Positions 37,628-53,000 of a DNA stretch of 64,000 nt are shown here, in pieces. The notes under the pieces are model-generated. The model worked only from the letters and a program-made list of their open reading frames with translations, had not been told where the DNA came from and ran no database searches. Position 1 is the stretch's first letter; the number at the start of each line of letters is the position of its first letter. The stretch comes from Chrysomallon squamiferum (Eukaryota > Animalia > Mollusca). Both the position numbers and the translations under genes were made by a program. The stretch spans positions 1,240,001 through 1,304,000 of the forward strand of contig CM022668.1 in the NCBI GenBank assembly GCA_012295275.1. Reading direction: 5' to 3'.

Positions 37628-40600
37628 ACCGTGTGTTTACAAGAGTTTTTACATTTCTGTTACAGCATTGTTACTTATATCATTCAGATGATATATCATA
37701 GAAGGTGGACATATCATTATGACTGGTGTGTTTGTTACATGGATATAAAATGAAATGTGGATTATGACCAATCTTATCAGTTGGACAGAACACGACAGTG
37801 GTGTGAGCATCTGTGTATCTTGTCATTTGAGTGGGACATAGCAGTTTGATGTGTCATGTGAGGTGGCTATATTTTTTTAATCAAATGAATGAATGGACAG
37901 GTCATTCAGGTGATGTTTGATTCTAATGAAAGACAATATAACATATTACTTACATTTACTGTTGAATGTATTCATGTTTTTATTTGAAATGTGGTTCAGA
38001 CATGAGTAAGAAGTAAACATATCAGTTACTGATGCTAACAATGCAATGAGGTGGAGGTTCAGCTATTTACTACAATTTTTACAAGACTGAAGTCGTTTCA
38101 GTGTGTGTTTTTATTGTTAGATCAAATCTTGCAGAGTTTTATTATTTGAACTGGCTGGGAATCATTCCATGCAGTGATCTAAAATGTAGTCGTAATTTAT
38201 TTTTATTATATATTTTCTGCATAAAATGTGCTGTTCTGATTTGCATTGAATATTTTTAAAACTTTGTTGAACATATTATATTTGTTGGAATGTTTATATG
38301 AAGTTTTAACAGAAAGCTTGGTCTACATTGTCCATATTTTAATACACATCTGTTATTTTAATTATAAATTAACCTTTATAATTTTTTATATTTCTTTAAA
38401 AAATCAAGAGAATGTTTGAAGCATCATATGAAATCCATTACATTTTTGTTAACATTTGATTCATGTCTCATACATTTAGTTTTGAGCATCAAAAATCCAT
38501 TTGTTTTATTTATACCAAAAATATAAGCTGTATGATGTCAAATTTTTAATGCCTGATTTTTAAAGTTTTAGTTATTTATGCCAAAAATAGAGTTGAGCTT
38601 AATACAGTTGGTTTGAAATAATGTAATAGTCCTATTACAGGGTAGTACATATACTTTTATTTTGTTTGTAAATTATAATTTACAGTTATAGCATCAGTAA
38701 TTGCAGCAATTATTTATTTATTAAATGGTATATTAGCTTTGCAAGAGTATTTAAGAAATAGGGAATTATATGAAGAATTTAACTGTTAAATTTTGACATG
38801 GTGTATATGTGATGCTAATGTATCTTAACAACATTTTACACAGAACATACACCAAGTCTTTCTTCTCAGTTTGTCACTGACAGCACAACAGATCAACATC
38901 CTTACTTTGATAAACACATATTTTATTCTTTTAAATCTAAAACTATGCATAAAATTTTTGTTTATTAAACTGACTGGAAGTGACATTTTATTGGTATTGT
39001 TAATATATATATATATTATTCTATGATTTCAGTGTTTTAGTTTGTTAATTTATAAGTATTACTTTGGTAATATTTTTAACATGTTTGTATTTTGGATTTG
39101 CAATTTTGTATGTTTGTTATGTTCACAGAAATCCTACTTTCAGTGTGTTATCTAATTTGTGTTACTGATCTTGACTGTTATAAGTAATTACTGTAAATGC
39201 TCTTAATAATTAAAAAGTAACAAGAAATGATTTTTTTAAAAAGCACAGTTAGGCATAGTCATTGACCTAAGAAAAAAGAAAAAAAAAGAAAATAAATAAA
39301 TATGTGAATGAAAAAACAAAAATAAAAATGAGTCGCTCAGAACTGCCGATTACTTCAGAATCTTTGTTCAAAGTTTTTTTAAATCTTAAAAGTCAAGCCA
39401 ATTCTGCTGTTCTCACAAACCAACATGAAGTATTTCATATATTATCAGAATTATACATGTTGATACTGAGTTTGGAAAATATTTTAATTAAATGTTTTTT
39501 AAATTTTGTTATTATAATATTACATTAATTATTCTTTCTTGTTAACAACCATTTACATTTTCCCAGTGAAAGAAACAAATATTTGTTGATGTTTCTTTGC
39601 ATGATGCTGTATCAGCATACTTCTTGCTTCCACTGGCTTTATTTATTTATTTTTATTTATTTATTTTTATTTTTATCTCCATATTGAAAATACATACTAG
39701 ATTTCGTATAATACATTGACAGTTTGCTAATGTTTCAGTTTTTTTATTGCCTTTTGCACTGTACATCAGGAGTCTATCAGACAAATACTTCAATACCTTG
39801 TATAATGTACACCACTGGAAAAATTGGAATTAAAATAAAACCTTCACATAACATTTTAAAACACATTGTTGCATAAAAGTTAGTCAAATCAAATCAAACA
39901 TTTTTTGAAGCTAGTCAGATTTCTGATTACAAATCTGTTATTTCTTTTTAATGATAATGATGAGTATTTTTATGCATGTATAAGAAAGTAAACTAGTGAT
40001 AAATTACAATCAAGTCATTCACACTGTCCCTTTGTCAGAGGTAGCTTGTTTATTCAGCTTTCTCAGTGCTAGCTTTGTCTCAAACAAGTTTTCTGTATAT
40101 ATTTTAATATATAAATATTTTTATTGTGGTTAAGGAGTATTTTTATTTTATTTTGCACACATACATACTTGCACATGCATGCAGAGTTTTATGTTTCCTT
40201 ATTATTGTTATTTTTTGCTTTTTTGATGTTGTAACCTACTTAAAAGCTATATTAACATGTAAAATATTTTGTTGTTTTGTTTTGTTTTGGATTATTATAC
40301 TCACATACAAACACAGCTGTTTCCTTAATTATTTTAAATTATTTTCAGTTTGGTACCCTTTTACACAGACTATGTTCTAAATATGTGTTGAATATATATT
40401 AAAAAAAAAAAATTGTGTTTAATTGATATTTTTATAGAATCATTGATTCAGTGAAGTAAAAAGGTGAATACAATCAAGTTAAAATCTGGCTTAATTATTT
40501 TGAATGTTAAAAATTAGTTTTTGCTTTTCTGTCTCAGTATTAAAATCATTCTGGTCATTCATAAAGATTTTTATGAAATATTTTTATAAATGAATTTTAT

Positions 40601-42040
40601 ATTAATATTTTATATGTAATCCATCCGCATTAGAAAAATTTGCTTTAAAATATTTGATTTATTTTATTTCATACTTGTGTATCAATTCTGGTTTTTGTTT
40701 CGGACTTTCTTTTAAACTGCTTCATAGTGCCTATGAATTCATTAGAACTACATGAAGTATCTAGGATCATTTTATATGTTTTTAATAATGACTGAGAGAA
40801 CAATGTTTCCTTGAAACTGGTTTTTACATTTGCATTATGTTTTTGTGAATTATTCTCTTTTGTTCACTTAAATAAAGATTAAAAAAACAACTAAGTAAAT
40901 AGAATAATTAGTTGTAAGCATTTCCTCTTTCAGCTTTTTGAGTACTGTGAAAAGATCATTCCATTCATTACCTCAGTTAATTACCAGATATCTTTATTTA
41001 AATATTGTTCAGAGTACATTTCACGTGCATTTTCAAACAGTAACATTTCTTTTATGATCTTCAGATTTTAAAAACATTTGAAATAATGTCTTGAAAATAC
41101 TGCCAAATAGTGGTACTTGAAATCATGATTATAGCTAAAGATAAATTACATATAAAATGAAAGATGCAAAGGTAACATAAAAAAAAATTAAAGTCAACTT
41201 TACCTTTTTTTAAATATTAATGTCTCATTTTTCTTATTTTTTAATTGTTATCTTTTATGTTAATCTTATTTTATATTTCAAAATTTATATAATATATATA
41301 TATATATAGAATATTTTTAGAAATTTGCAATTTTAAAGCATAATCTAAATTATGAGTTTGTTTTAAATGAGATATTTGTGCTTCCCAGGCTTCAGGCTTC
41401 ACTGTGAGTGAGTGAAAGATAACTTACTGTACATATGTGTGCTTTCAACATTTCAAAACTAGTCCCTGCATTTCAGGTTTTCAAAAAGAAAAAACAATAA
41501 TTAAAAAAAAACAAAAAACAGTAATTTTTATAATGTCATTAGTTTTGATATCTTTAATGTTATTAAAAAATTAAATTAAAAAGGGGACTGTATTAGATAC
41601 AGTTAACATGAAGTATATAATTTGATATTACAGTATGTAATTTTGAAGAGATTTTCCAACTGGAATAGACCTACAACGAAAAGTAATTTTTTAATATAAC
41701 TTTTTCTGCATCTTGACTTTGTAAATGGCAAGTTATATTTACTATGTATGAGAAAACAGTGTATTTGGAATCCGGGTTTGTCTGTTGACTATTTTTGGTG
41801 AATAAATAGTGCTTTATAACATAATTTTGTTACTTTTCTTTTTCTATACATCCTTTTACTACAAGATTAATGAAAATAAAATGAGAATTTCCAAGTATGC
41901 ACTAAAACAAGAGCCAGTTTTTGAGTTAGTATTGCTAAAATGTAAGACACAGTTATATTTACTTTGTATGAGTAAGCAAAAACTGTATTTCTGTGTAAAA
42001 CTTCATTTCCCCAAATTTATATTTAACAGAGGTATTACTA

Positions 42041-42125
42041 TTATCAGTGGATTTAATGTTTACAAACTAACGACAAAATTTATATTATCAGTGGATTTAA
42101 TGTTTACAAACTAACGACAAAATTT
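42041..42125. repeat. 44-bp direct tandem duplication
   Basis: ttatcagtggatttaatgtttacaaactaacgacaaaattt at 42041 and 42085. Confidence 0.9.
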
Positions 42126-42446
42126 AAACCAGCTGAATGCACAAGTACATCTCTTAATAAAATATTATTACTATTTAAGATCTTGACATTATTTGAAAGA
42201 ATGTATTACAAAATAGTATAATAAATAAATAAATAATATTATAAATAAATAAAGATTAATAAACTTATAGTTTGAAATGTTACCTTTTCAGAAATAATAA
42301 TAATAATAATAATAATAAACATGCAAGTACTTATAACAAACAGTACTAATGATTGACTAAACTGCACTGGTTTCAGTATCCAATAACCGGTATGAATCCG
42401 GACTAAACCTGTAACTAATATGTTTGTATTCTTCTTTCTTCTACTG

Positions 42447-42515
<69 letters not shown>

Positions 42516-44268
42516 TTTTTCAACATTTATTACATAAAATGAAAACGAAAATTAAATCGCAACGTCGTGGAATCGATTAGCAGCAATATAACAGTCTCAG
42601 AAAAAGACCCGTCTGAACAACATAGACGACCTCGTTTTAAAAATCTTTGATCTGATACATGGCGTTATGCAAAGAGAAGGGTCAATTCCGAGACTGTAAA
42701 GTTACAACCACTCCAATTAATGTATTAGATTTTTGTAAGATAAAACTAATGTAAACACACGTTCATGACGTCGAGACCGTAAGCGTTCGAGTTGTTACAG
42801 TGGTTTTTTCTCCTGTGTTTTGGCGCACCTGAACGCAGACTTTGGCAAGCTGTACATTATTACAACGCCAGGAATCTGACATGAAAATACCGCGCGACAC
42901 AGCGCGTTCATGTCGCGAGGCTGATCAAAACGAAGACTCCTTTGAGACTTGTCGAATTCTCGCGTGCATAAACGAAGGTAAATTGACAAACACGAGATCT
43001 GTATGAAGGTTTAACGCCGAAGAGTAAAGAGGCTTTAAAAGTATTTGCGTAGAATTTAAAATATACCTTGTGGTTAATTCCCGTGTACCGGAGTTATTCG
43101 TCTTAGAAGCTTTCCATGGACTTCGGTTGGACTCTGATTAAAGAAGAAAGGAACACGAAGCTGGGTGAAAGGGGTATATTTTAAGAGGGAGAAAAGGAGT
43201 TTAATTAACAGAACACTTTATTCTGTCAGCATTGAACCTAATGTAAATGTAAGGGTATTTTATACCTGTGTCCAGACATTGTACTTTAAATGAAAACCTA
43301 TAGACGAAAATCAAGTATATATATATTATAAATGCTTGTTGGACATCATAAATTTGGACATTGGAAAAAGTTACAGGTTATTGAGGAAGAATAAAAAGTG
43401 TTTAATAATGAAAAAAATATCAAGAGGATAAAATACAGCTAAAAAAAAAAAAAAAAAAATAATAATAAAAAAAAATAAATAAAAACAAAATAAAAATAAA
43501 AGGCATAGAAATTCAAGTTAATCAAAATGGCCTATTCAGTTCTTTAACATGATTGTGAAGAAAATAAAAAAGAAAGAAAAAAATGCTTTCCTTCAAAACA
43601 AAACATTGACATACCACTGTTATCATTAAAATAAATAATAAATAATAATTACATTTATGTTCACTATCTGCAGTAGATGTTTGTATAATTATGTATAATA
43701 CAGACACGACAGAAGTTCCTGTCTGTAAGCCATGTTATGTGCTGACTACACAACATTGTGTTATTAATGGTTTACGCAGCTGACGTACTTTCACTACAAC
43801 ACAAGTATTTAAAAGACGATTGTCGAGTTTTAAGACATGAGGAACATGTGTTTCATCTAATATAGTTGTGATAACTCGGTATCATACAAACTACTGCAAG
43901 TTATTCTGCTTCAGAAGCCAGTAAATAAATTTATTTACTTATGGTTGGAGGAAAGTGTTAAATAAAAATTAAATTTGTTTCAGTTAGTTTTTAATAATAA
44001 TTATCATTATGGATCTTTTGTCGCATTATTTTATGACATTTGCAACCGTAGAGTGTAAAACAAATAAAATTGTATCACTGTTATAACATTTCTATTTCAA
44101 CTCCTGTCTAACTCCTTTATAATATTAAAAATAAAAATAAATAAATGTAATAAAATTGTGTAGTTCATATCATGTTATATCATTTCATATATGTTTGTAT
44201 AATCAAATTTCATAAACAATTTTCATAATCAAATCAAGATTTGCTTTTGCTTTTTGTATTTTTTCTTT

Positions 44269-44285
44269 ACTGTTTTAAACTATTG

Positions 44286-44361
<76 letters not shown>
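44269..44361. repeat. (CT)n microsatellite
   Basis: Directly visible. Confidence 0.95.
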
Positions 44362-44362
<1 letters not shown>

Positions 44363-44999
44363 ATTAATTTTGTGAATTTCCTTTCTCTGTATCATAGTAA
44401 GTTTACAACATTATGACTATTTAAGAATTCACGTTAGACATCTATTAACAAGTTACCGATCAACGTTTCACACAAAAGAATATAAACTCCAACAATTGTA
44501 AATGTGCAGTTCCTATATCTATAGTCAATATAGAAATAAAATATTTATAACAAGAAAATACAACAAAGTCAAGGCACATAAAACTTTAACTTTTGTTTTA
44601 AGATGAAATAATCTCACTAAATTCAAGTTCTCGTTTAGACACACTAAAAACCGCGATTACCACTCAGGATTGCTTGAGGAAATACAAGGCTGTTTCACGC
44701 GTGCTAGGCTTCCCTTGTTCCGTATTTTCTGCCTTGCCCACCCGAGCGGCCACATCAAAGACAGCTATACAACAACCAAGTGAATAGCTTCGTTTGACGT
44801 TAACCGTCTGGAGACGTTTTGCCTGGGCGGGACCTCTGACGTTACCAGTGCACCAGAGAAATGAGTTAAATAACTTTAATCTTAGGTTAAAACGCTGATT
44901 TTTCAGATAGCTTAACGATGGGATAATTTAGAAGCTCATTTCAAGTTTGTAGCGTTAAAACCACTTGGTGATCCGATTATCCAAGGGTCTATAAGACTT

Positions 45000-45365
45000 T
45001 TCAAATGAAAGCTATATTTACTCTGGATCTGTCAATCATCTCTGGCCTGTCGCGCTCCCTTTGTTCTGACAGAGTTTATCCTGATTCTATCAGGTGTGCC
45101 CTTCATCTTTATACCTATACCTTACCTTGATAGATTTAACCATGTTTGTTTGATGTAAGCGTTTCGTCCAAGCCCCAAGCGGATAGCAGAATTTCCTTGT
45201 TTTGTTTTTTCGTTTAGATGATCGTTTTTCGCTTTTTGTACTTTCCACTGTAACATTATGGTAGATGAAATCAACAATAATAAACGGACTGTTTTAAAGT
45301 CAGTTAATATGATTTTTTCTTCAAGGAAAAGTAATTAAAACTGGCAGGTGACTGGACAACTTGAG
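45000..45365 (+). other. Candidate non-coding first exon of the TSPEAR-like gene (start approximate)
   Basis: GAG|gtatgt donor at 45366 after a GC-richer patch; the ATG exon at 49964 has an acceptor, so an upstream exon is expected. Confidence 0.35.
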
Positions 45366-45550
45366 GTATGTTGTATTTTTTAATTTATTATTATTTAAAA
45401 AATAGTTTTTAATTTTTATTCAAAGCGTTGTTTATTTGTTATGGATCAACAAAATTAACTTTTATATCAAAAATATTATATTTAGTTACATAACTCTCTG
45501 TGAGACAGATTATGATATTTTAAAACGTTTTGTTATTATTTGCTTAGCCT

Positions 45551-45643
<93 letters not shown>

Positions 45644-45718
45644 TTATGATTAATAGTATTAATATGAAATAACGTTATTCATAAGTCCGTGTTATTTCAG
45701 GGAATTTTTAACAGGTTT

Positions 45719-46100
45719 GAGGAAAGTTTGTTATGATTTAATATTATCCGATGAAAGTTATACCTAATTTAATACTATCTGATGAAAGTTATACCTAATT
45801 TAATACTATCTGATGAAAGTTATACATAATTTAATACTATCTGAGGAAAGTTATACCTAATTTTATACTATATGAGGAAAGTTATACCTAATTTAATACT
45901 ATCAGAAGAAAGTTATACATAATTTAATACTATCTGATGAAAGTTATACATAATTTAATACTATCTGATGAAAGTTATACATAATTTAATACTATATGAG
46001 GAAAGTTATACATAATTTAATACTATCAGAAGAAAGTTATACCTAATTTAATACTGTTTGACGAAAGTTATACAAAATTTAATATTATCACATGAAGGGA
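45719..46100. repeat. 31-bp minisatellite, about 12 copies
   Basis: Unit gatgaaagttatacctaatttaatactatct with point variants. Confidence 0.95.
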
Positions 46101-46333
46101 TATAGGTTTTATTAATGCGCAGCTTAGATTTTTCTTTAACGGGAAACTGTGACAGAAAATTAACAACGTGCTAACGTTACAGAGAATTAATTGTGCATGA
46201 CAGAAAAAAACAACTGATAAACTTTGCTAATTATAGGTTTAATTATAACAATTTTTCTCTCAGTTTTCTGAATACTTCTGAATATTTGTGTGCCCAAGTT
46301 TGAATAATGAAAATAATAATAATAATAATAATA

Positions 46334-46367
<34 letters not shown>

Positions 46368-47419
46368 TTCATTATATAAATATATTATAATGAGAATATT
46401 ATTATTATTATTATTATTACTAAATTTATAATTATAAAAATTCTTTCTTCTTTATAATAAAATAATTAGTCAAATACTAACAAAATTTTATGTTATTTAT
46501 TAAACAAAAATATTAAATTAGCAAAACACGTTTAATGTTATTTATTAAACAAAATATTAAATTAGTAATAAAAACATTTTGTTTTATATATATCTTGTTG
46601 TCAAAGTGAGATTAGCTCGGTTTAAAACGTCGCTGTAGAAACTGTTACAATCACTCAACTTTGTTAATGCATTTCCCGTGTAACCTAGCTCCCAGTGAAA
46701 AGTAATTACAAACCAGATCTAACACAACTGAACTGTTTGTTTAGGATTAAACAGTAGAAAATAACGCGTTGAACACATTGAAATTAATCTAAAAAATAAC
46801 ATCTACACTTAGACTATGTCAATCTTCTTTTAATCTTTTTAATTTTATTTATATACACGTACTTCATCTGTTTTATTAATTTATTCTGTTTTTCCATTTA
46901 TTAATTTCTTTAAGATTTGTTTTCAACAAATTAGACAAGTATACAAGGTATTTATTTGTGCAATATATTGTTTAAAATTAAAAATAGTTTCAAAAATATA
47001 AATTATTATTATCTTTTAAAATTACATATAATTTTTTGTTTTAAATTTAAATATTCCTTTCTTCAATTTATTTCTTCTTTTTCTTTTAACATTAATCTAA
47101 GATAGGTGCAAAAATAAAATAAAAATAAAATAATAATAATAATAAAAAATATATATATAATACTGTTATTTCGATGGTGTTGATTACAAGGTTATATTTA
47201 ACTATTAACACAGTTAACTTTATGAACAAGTTTTCCTCGCTGCGTGATCAAAGAAGGAAATTCGAATTACATCATAACTTGACTTCAAGTCGCCTTCAAT
47301 TCAGATTCACTTAGTTGGATTTGTTTTCAGAAAACGAAAACACGTAGTGTTATAAAAAGTGTATACATTCAAAGTTATTTCTTTTTCTTTTTTAAAACCT
47401 GAATTAATAATAATAATGA

Positions 47420-47712
47420 CAATAATATAATATTGATATGATTATGATTAAAATAATATAGTAGAATATGGTAATTATAATGTAATACAATATAATGTTT
47501 AGTACAGTACAATACTATATAATGTAACGTAATATAATTCGATTTGATATATGATATGATATGATAATAATATAATATAATATAATTAATTTAATTTGAT
47601 ATGATAAATAAGACAATAAAATAAAATAATATAATACGATATAATAATTTATATAATATAATATACTATAATATAATATAATATAATTTAATATAATATA
47701 ATATAATATTAA
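47420..47712. repeat. Degenerate (ATATA/ATAAT)n low-complexity tract
   Basis: Directly visible. Confidence 0.8.
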
Positions 47713-48150
47713 TCGAATGCTGTCTGTCTGTTTTTGTAACATTTATTGTGCTGTTATTTCTAGATATACTGAGTTAATTATTAATGTACTGAGTGAGTAT
47801 AACTGCACTGAGTGAGTTATTGGTATAATGAGTTATTGGTGTAATGAGCTAGTAATTGAAGTATTAGGTTACGTATTACGTAATGAGTTAGTTATTAATG
47901 TACAGAGCTAGCTATTTATGCACTGTGTAAATACATGTGTGTGTGTGTGTGTGTGTGTGTGCTGAGTTAGATATTGATGTAGTGAATTAATTATTAATTT
48001 ATCAAGCTAATATATACCAAGTCATATAGTTAGTTAGATGTATAATTATTTATTTTTATAATTAGCTCTGTATATATATATATATATAGATTATATAACT
48101 ATTGATGTACTTGAGTTAGGTATTCAGAGTTAGTATTCTCGGTTCTGAGT

Positions 48151-49200
48151 TAACTACTGATATACTGAGTTATTATTGTTTATAATTAACTACTGATATA
48201 CTGAATTATTATTGTTTATAATTAACTACTGATATACTGAGTTAGCTATTGTTTATAATTAACCACTGATATACTGAGTTACTATTTTTTATAATTAACT
48301 ACTGATATACTGAGTTACTATTTTTTATAATTAACTACTGATATACTGAGTTAGCTATTGTTTATAATTAACTACTGATATACTGAGTTACTATTTTTTA
48401 TAATTAACTACTGATATACTGAGTTATTATTGTTTATAATTAACTACTGATATACTGAGTTACTATTGTTTATAATTAACTACTGATATACTGAGTTATT
48501 ATTGTTTATAATTAACTACTGATATACTGAGTTATTATTGTTTATAATTAACTACTGATATACTGAGTTATTATTGTTTATAATTAACTACTGATATATT
48601 GAGTTACTATTTTTTATAATTAACTACTGATATACTGAGTTATTATTGTTTATAATTAACCACTGATATACTGAGTTAGCTATTGTTTATAATTAACCAC
48701 TGATATACTGAGTTACTATTTTTTATAATTAACTACTGATATACTGAGTTACTATTTTTTATAATTAACTACTGATATACTGAGTTAGCTATTGTTTATA
48801 ATTAACTACTGATATACTGAGTTACTATTTTTTATAATTAACTACTGATATACTGAGTTATTATTGTTTATAATTAACTACTGATATACTGAGTTATTAT
48901 TGTTTATAATTAACTACTGATATACTGAGTTATTATTGTTTATAATTAACTACTGATATACTGAGTTACTATTGTTTATAATTAACTACTGATATACTGA
49001 GTTATTATTGTTTATAATTAACTACTGATATTCTGAGTTACTATTGTTTATAATTAACTACTGATATACTGAGTTATTATTGTTTATAATTAACTACTGA
49101 TATACTGAGTTAGCTATTGTTTATAATTAACTACTGATATAATGAGTTAACAATTGGTTTAATTTTAACTACTCATATACTGAGTTACTATTGGTTTATT
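48151..49200. repeat. 36/37-bp minisatellite, about 29 copies
   Basis: Unit taactactgatatactgagttattattgtttataat with variants. Confidence 0.97.
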
Positions 49201-49799
49201 AAATAAATTTCATTGATTTTTTTTATCGATTACCGATTATTAGCTGATACTGTGAGTCAGCAGTTTTTGAAATGATTAGATTTAGATAAATAATACTTGT
49301 AAAGGAAAGGTATGAACTGCATGACAAGTTAGTTGCTATGAAATGTACACAGAAACTTTGACAGATCACAGGCTAGACACGACAGAAACGTTGATGTTTT
49401 GTCAGTTTGCTAAATAATGAACAGTAAAAGTCAGTGAGGCGAAGGACACCACTGAAACATGTAGAAGCAGACAAGTAAACCTACAATTTGTGTTGTGACA
49501 GTCGCTGTAATTGAAGAGATAGCCCGATATCTTAACCAGCAATCTAACAAATCCCCTATTTAATGCTCCTTTATTTAAATCCTGTCTTGTTATTTGGTTC
49601 GTTCTGTTTTGTTAGGATTTCTTTGAAATCTAAAATGTCACTGGAATTTGGATTATTCATTTTGCACTACATAGAAATTATTCAGACGAAAATTAGAGGG
49701 AAATAATACTGAATTTTGAAATTAAGATCAAAAGTTTTGGATCTCTATAGAAAAGTTTATGTGTATGTATAGTGTGAGTGTGTGTGATTGTTTGTCTGT

Positions 49800-49848
<49 letters not shown>

Positions 49849-49965
49849 AATATCTTGTGTGAGAGAGATAAAGAAAATAAATAAACATTATTGTTTAGAA
49901 CCATGAGTCTTATATTTGAATAATCATAAACTATATGTTTTTATGTGATTTTGTTTTTCGCAGGT

Positions 49966-50062
49966 ATGGACGTACCTGGACGGAATCCCTGCATTTTTGT
50001 TATCTCAGTGCTGTGGATACAGTCCAACCTGGCTAACCAGCGACTTCCTGTGCCTTGTACAG
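49966..50062 (+). CDS. TSPEAR: TSPEAR exon 1 (MDVPGRNPCIFVISVLWIQSNLANQRLPVPCT)
   Basis: tttttcgcag acceptor at 49963; CAG|gtttgt donor; PCT|D junction. Confidence 0.85.
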
Positions 50063-53000
50063 GTTTGTGATGATTCGACTTTATTAATCTCAATGCTTAA
50101 AACAACAAAACATTCAAAGATAAAAAAATAAAAAATAAAATAAATAGATAGATAGATAGATAAACAAACAAACAAATAAATAAATGAACAGAAATAGAAA
50201 TATTAATTCAATAAAAATAAAAATAGAATATTGAAATATTTATTTTTAAATGTTATTGGTTTAGATTCCTATTTGACCGTTTTTTTGTTGAATATAATAA
50301 ACACCTAATCTTAATGTGTAAGACTTCTGAGTTCGATGTTTTTTTTCTTCTCTTTATTCATAAAGTAATTAAAAACATTAATCAAAATAGCTGATGTTAT
50401 ACTCCAGTGACTGTCACAAACAGATTTGTTTTTCTGTCTGACGTCTATTGAGACCTAAAAGAAACACTTCATTTATATGTCCACAATAAAACCTTCATGT
50501 AAAATTTTACAACAATACGCTGCTTAGACAATTTGAAATTTATCAAATACAGTTTTTACTTTTAAAGGTAATGTTCGAGTTTTAAAAATGTTCACGTTTA
50601 AGTGATCTCTTTGAAGCTGTTATTTTATGAGTCATTTTACTCATAAATCTTTATCTGGAGACAATCTTAAACACCTATATCTGAGTCACAATGATAGATG
50701 TAGACACATGCACGAAATTAGACGTGCCTTTCCTTTCACTCTGACTTTTGTATGTACGTGTGTCTGTTTCTGTGCGTTCGTGTGTGTGTTTGTGGCTATA
50801 AGGCCAAATAAAACAGACATATGTTAATAATAAGGACCAAAAAATGTATGTCAAACAGTCTGTATACATGTCAGAGCGCTTGCTCATGTTTATCTATGAG
50901 TGAAACAGAGGGACAGATGTACAAAACTACGGAGATATAAAGAGAAGGGGGGTCAGGAATAGTAATTACGTCAACCAGAAAATTATTAAGCTGCAGTAAA
51001 ACGTTTAATTTTTCACACTGCTAAGTAATAAAACGGGTAAGTAAAGACTCAGTAACACTGTCACTGAACGGAGGACCAAGCACAGAAATATTTCGTCTTT
51101 TCTTGTTTTCGTGACGCGCTGAAGGAAATGCACGTCATCGCGTGTGTTCTGGGGGGGGGGGAGACGCGTGTGTACACAGAAGCTTTTCGGTAGCTTTCTT
51201 TTGAAAAACACACAACTAATAAATAAATAGCAACGCAGAGCGAGATTCCACGAACTGTTGCTAAATAATTGTCCTCAAAGCCACCAATCGACACATCGGC
51301 CATGTTCATAAATTCTTTTTAAAACCACAAAACCGCTCTCTTTCCTCACAAAATATGTTAGCTTTTGTAGTCAAAAATCTGTATTTTAAACAAGCATTCT
51401 AGTTTTTTAAATTAAGTTTCGAATTTCCGTTTAATAATTATAATCAGTCCATAACGATTAACAGATAGTTAAATTTTATCAAAATCGAATAAAAAACTAC
51501 TGTTTGATAGTGTGTATTTAAATGCTTCCGTTACCATTTTCAGTTATTTTTCGTTTCCTTTAAAAAAAAAGAAAAAAGAAATGTTTCCAAAACTACAAAC
51601 GAGCTAAATAATCTCTATCGTTTCTAACTGCTGTGTCTGTAGTTAAGCGCTGTCTTTGTGTTGTCTGTAGTTTTAGTACTTGCCTTCTGCAGAGTCTACA
51701 GTTTCATTTGACCAATATTTACACAATATCAATATTTACAAGAAGAAAGTTTGATGAGAATTCTGAAGGGTGTTTATAGTCGATGCGGTTCTTTGCGGCT
51801 GTGTCGCGTTCAGTCCAATTTGCGTGAACACACTAGCCCGGCTCAGTTATCAACTGTCTGTTCACACACCACGTGTAATTAATTCTGTCAATATCAGGTC
51901 CGCTCACTGGCGGTTCAGTGTTGGGTGAGATACACAGAGAGGAAATGAACGTAAGATCAGACGAGATGATTCGTAAACAGATAAGAAAATTCTGTAGTGG
52001 GCATATGTACGTGTACGAGTATCGGTTCTGTATGCGTATGTAAGTGTATGTGCGTATCTGTGTGTGTGCTTTGTATTTTATTTAAACGATTTTAACAAAT
52101 TTCTTATTTAATGTCTAATTCTTAATTTTTAAAACTGATTATTAAATCAGAAATAATTATAACATATGAGCAATTGTTAAATCATATCAGCCTGAAAAGG
52201 TTTCATATTTTGTTTTCTGCTCTGTTGTAGGGATTGGCATGATGTTAAAGTACGTTGTTTTGTTGTTCTATACTTTCCTGACAAAAAAACAACAACAAAC
52301 AAACAAAAACAAAACAACAAAAAAAACCCCAACAAATGTGCAGCTTTTCAGTTTGTGGTTAATGGCTGGTCGAACTGTAAATATGAAATGTGTTATATTA
52401 AGTTTCCAAATTTTCTATTTACCTTGTAACCACACAGTTCAATTTAATATTAATTTAAACCCTCCAAGAAATGAATACTATCTGGTTATAATGTATTTCT
52501 GCAATTTGGTGAAATGTCAAGGTTTTCCCGAAGTTATTACTGTAACGAAGAACAAGTAGAAGAAAAAAGAGAGGGGGAAAAAAAAAAAAAAAAAATAATT
52601 ATCGTTGTTTAAAATGTTCTGAAATACCAGCGCTGATTGATAATACTACATCAGGTTTTGTATTTTTCTTTTGGTGTCTTGGTTTTTCTAACAAAGAATC
52701 TACTAGACAGCAGCACATTCCAACCTGTAGCTCCCAGCTTAGGCAGTTTGTAAAGGTCAGCTTTGTCTTTGTGTGTTTTCCATTTGTTTTTCTTAACTGG
52801 ACTCCTCGACTCCCGCCGTGCTCAGTCTGTTCAGACATCACACAGAAAGACGAACTCTGAATGTACAGGAATAAAGAAAAGTTTCAGTTCGGTCGACGTA
52901 CGTTTGTGAGTTTGCCGTTTTAAAGCGACGATCTGTCGATTGTAGTTTCCTCCAATTCGCAAAGCATCTGAAACTTCCATATGTTTGTAATTTCAGAGAA

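Noticed and set aside
51005-51309. Minus-strand 82-aa and 68-aa ORFs as a nested small gene
   Set aside because: No family motif, they cross a G-run, and there is no clear splice partner.
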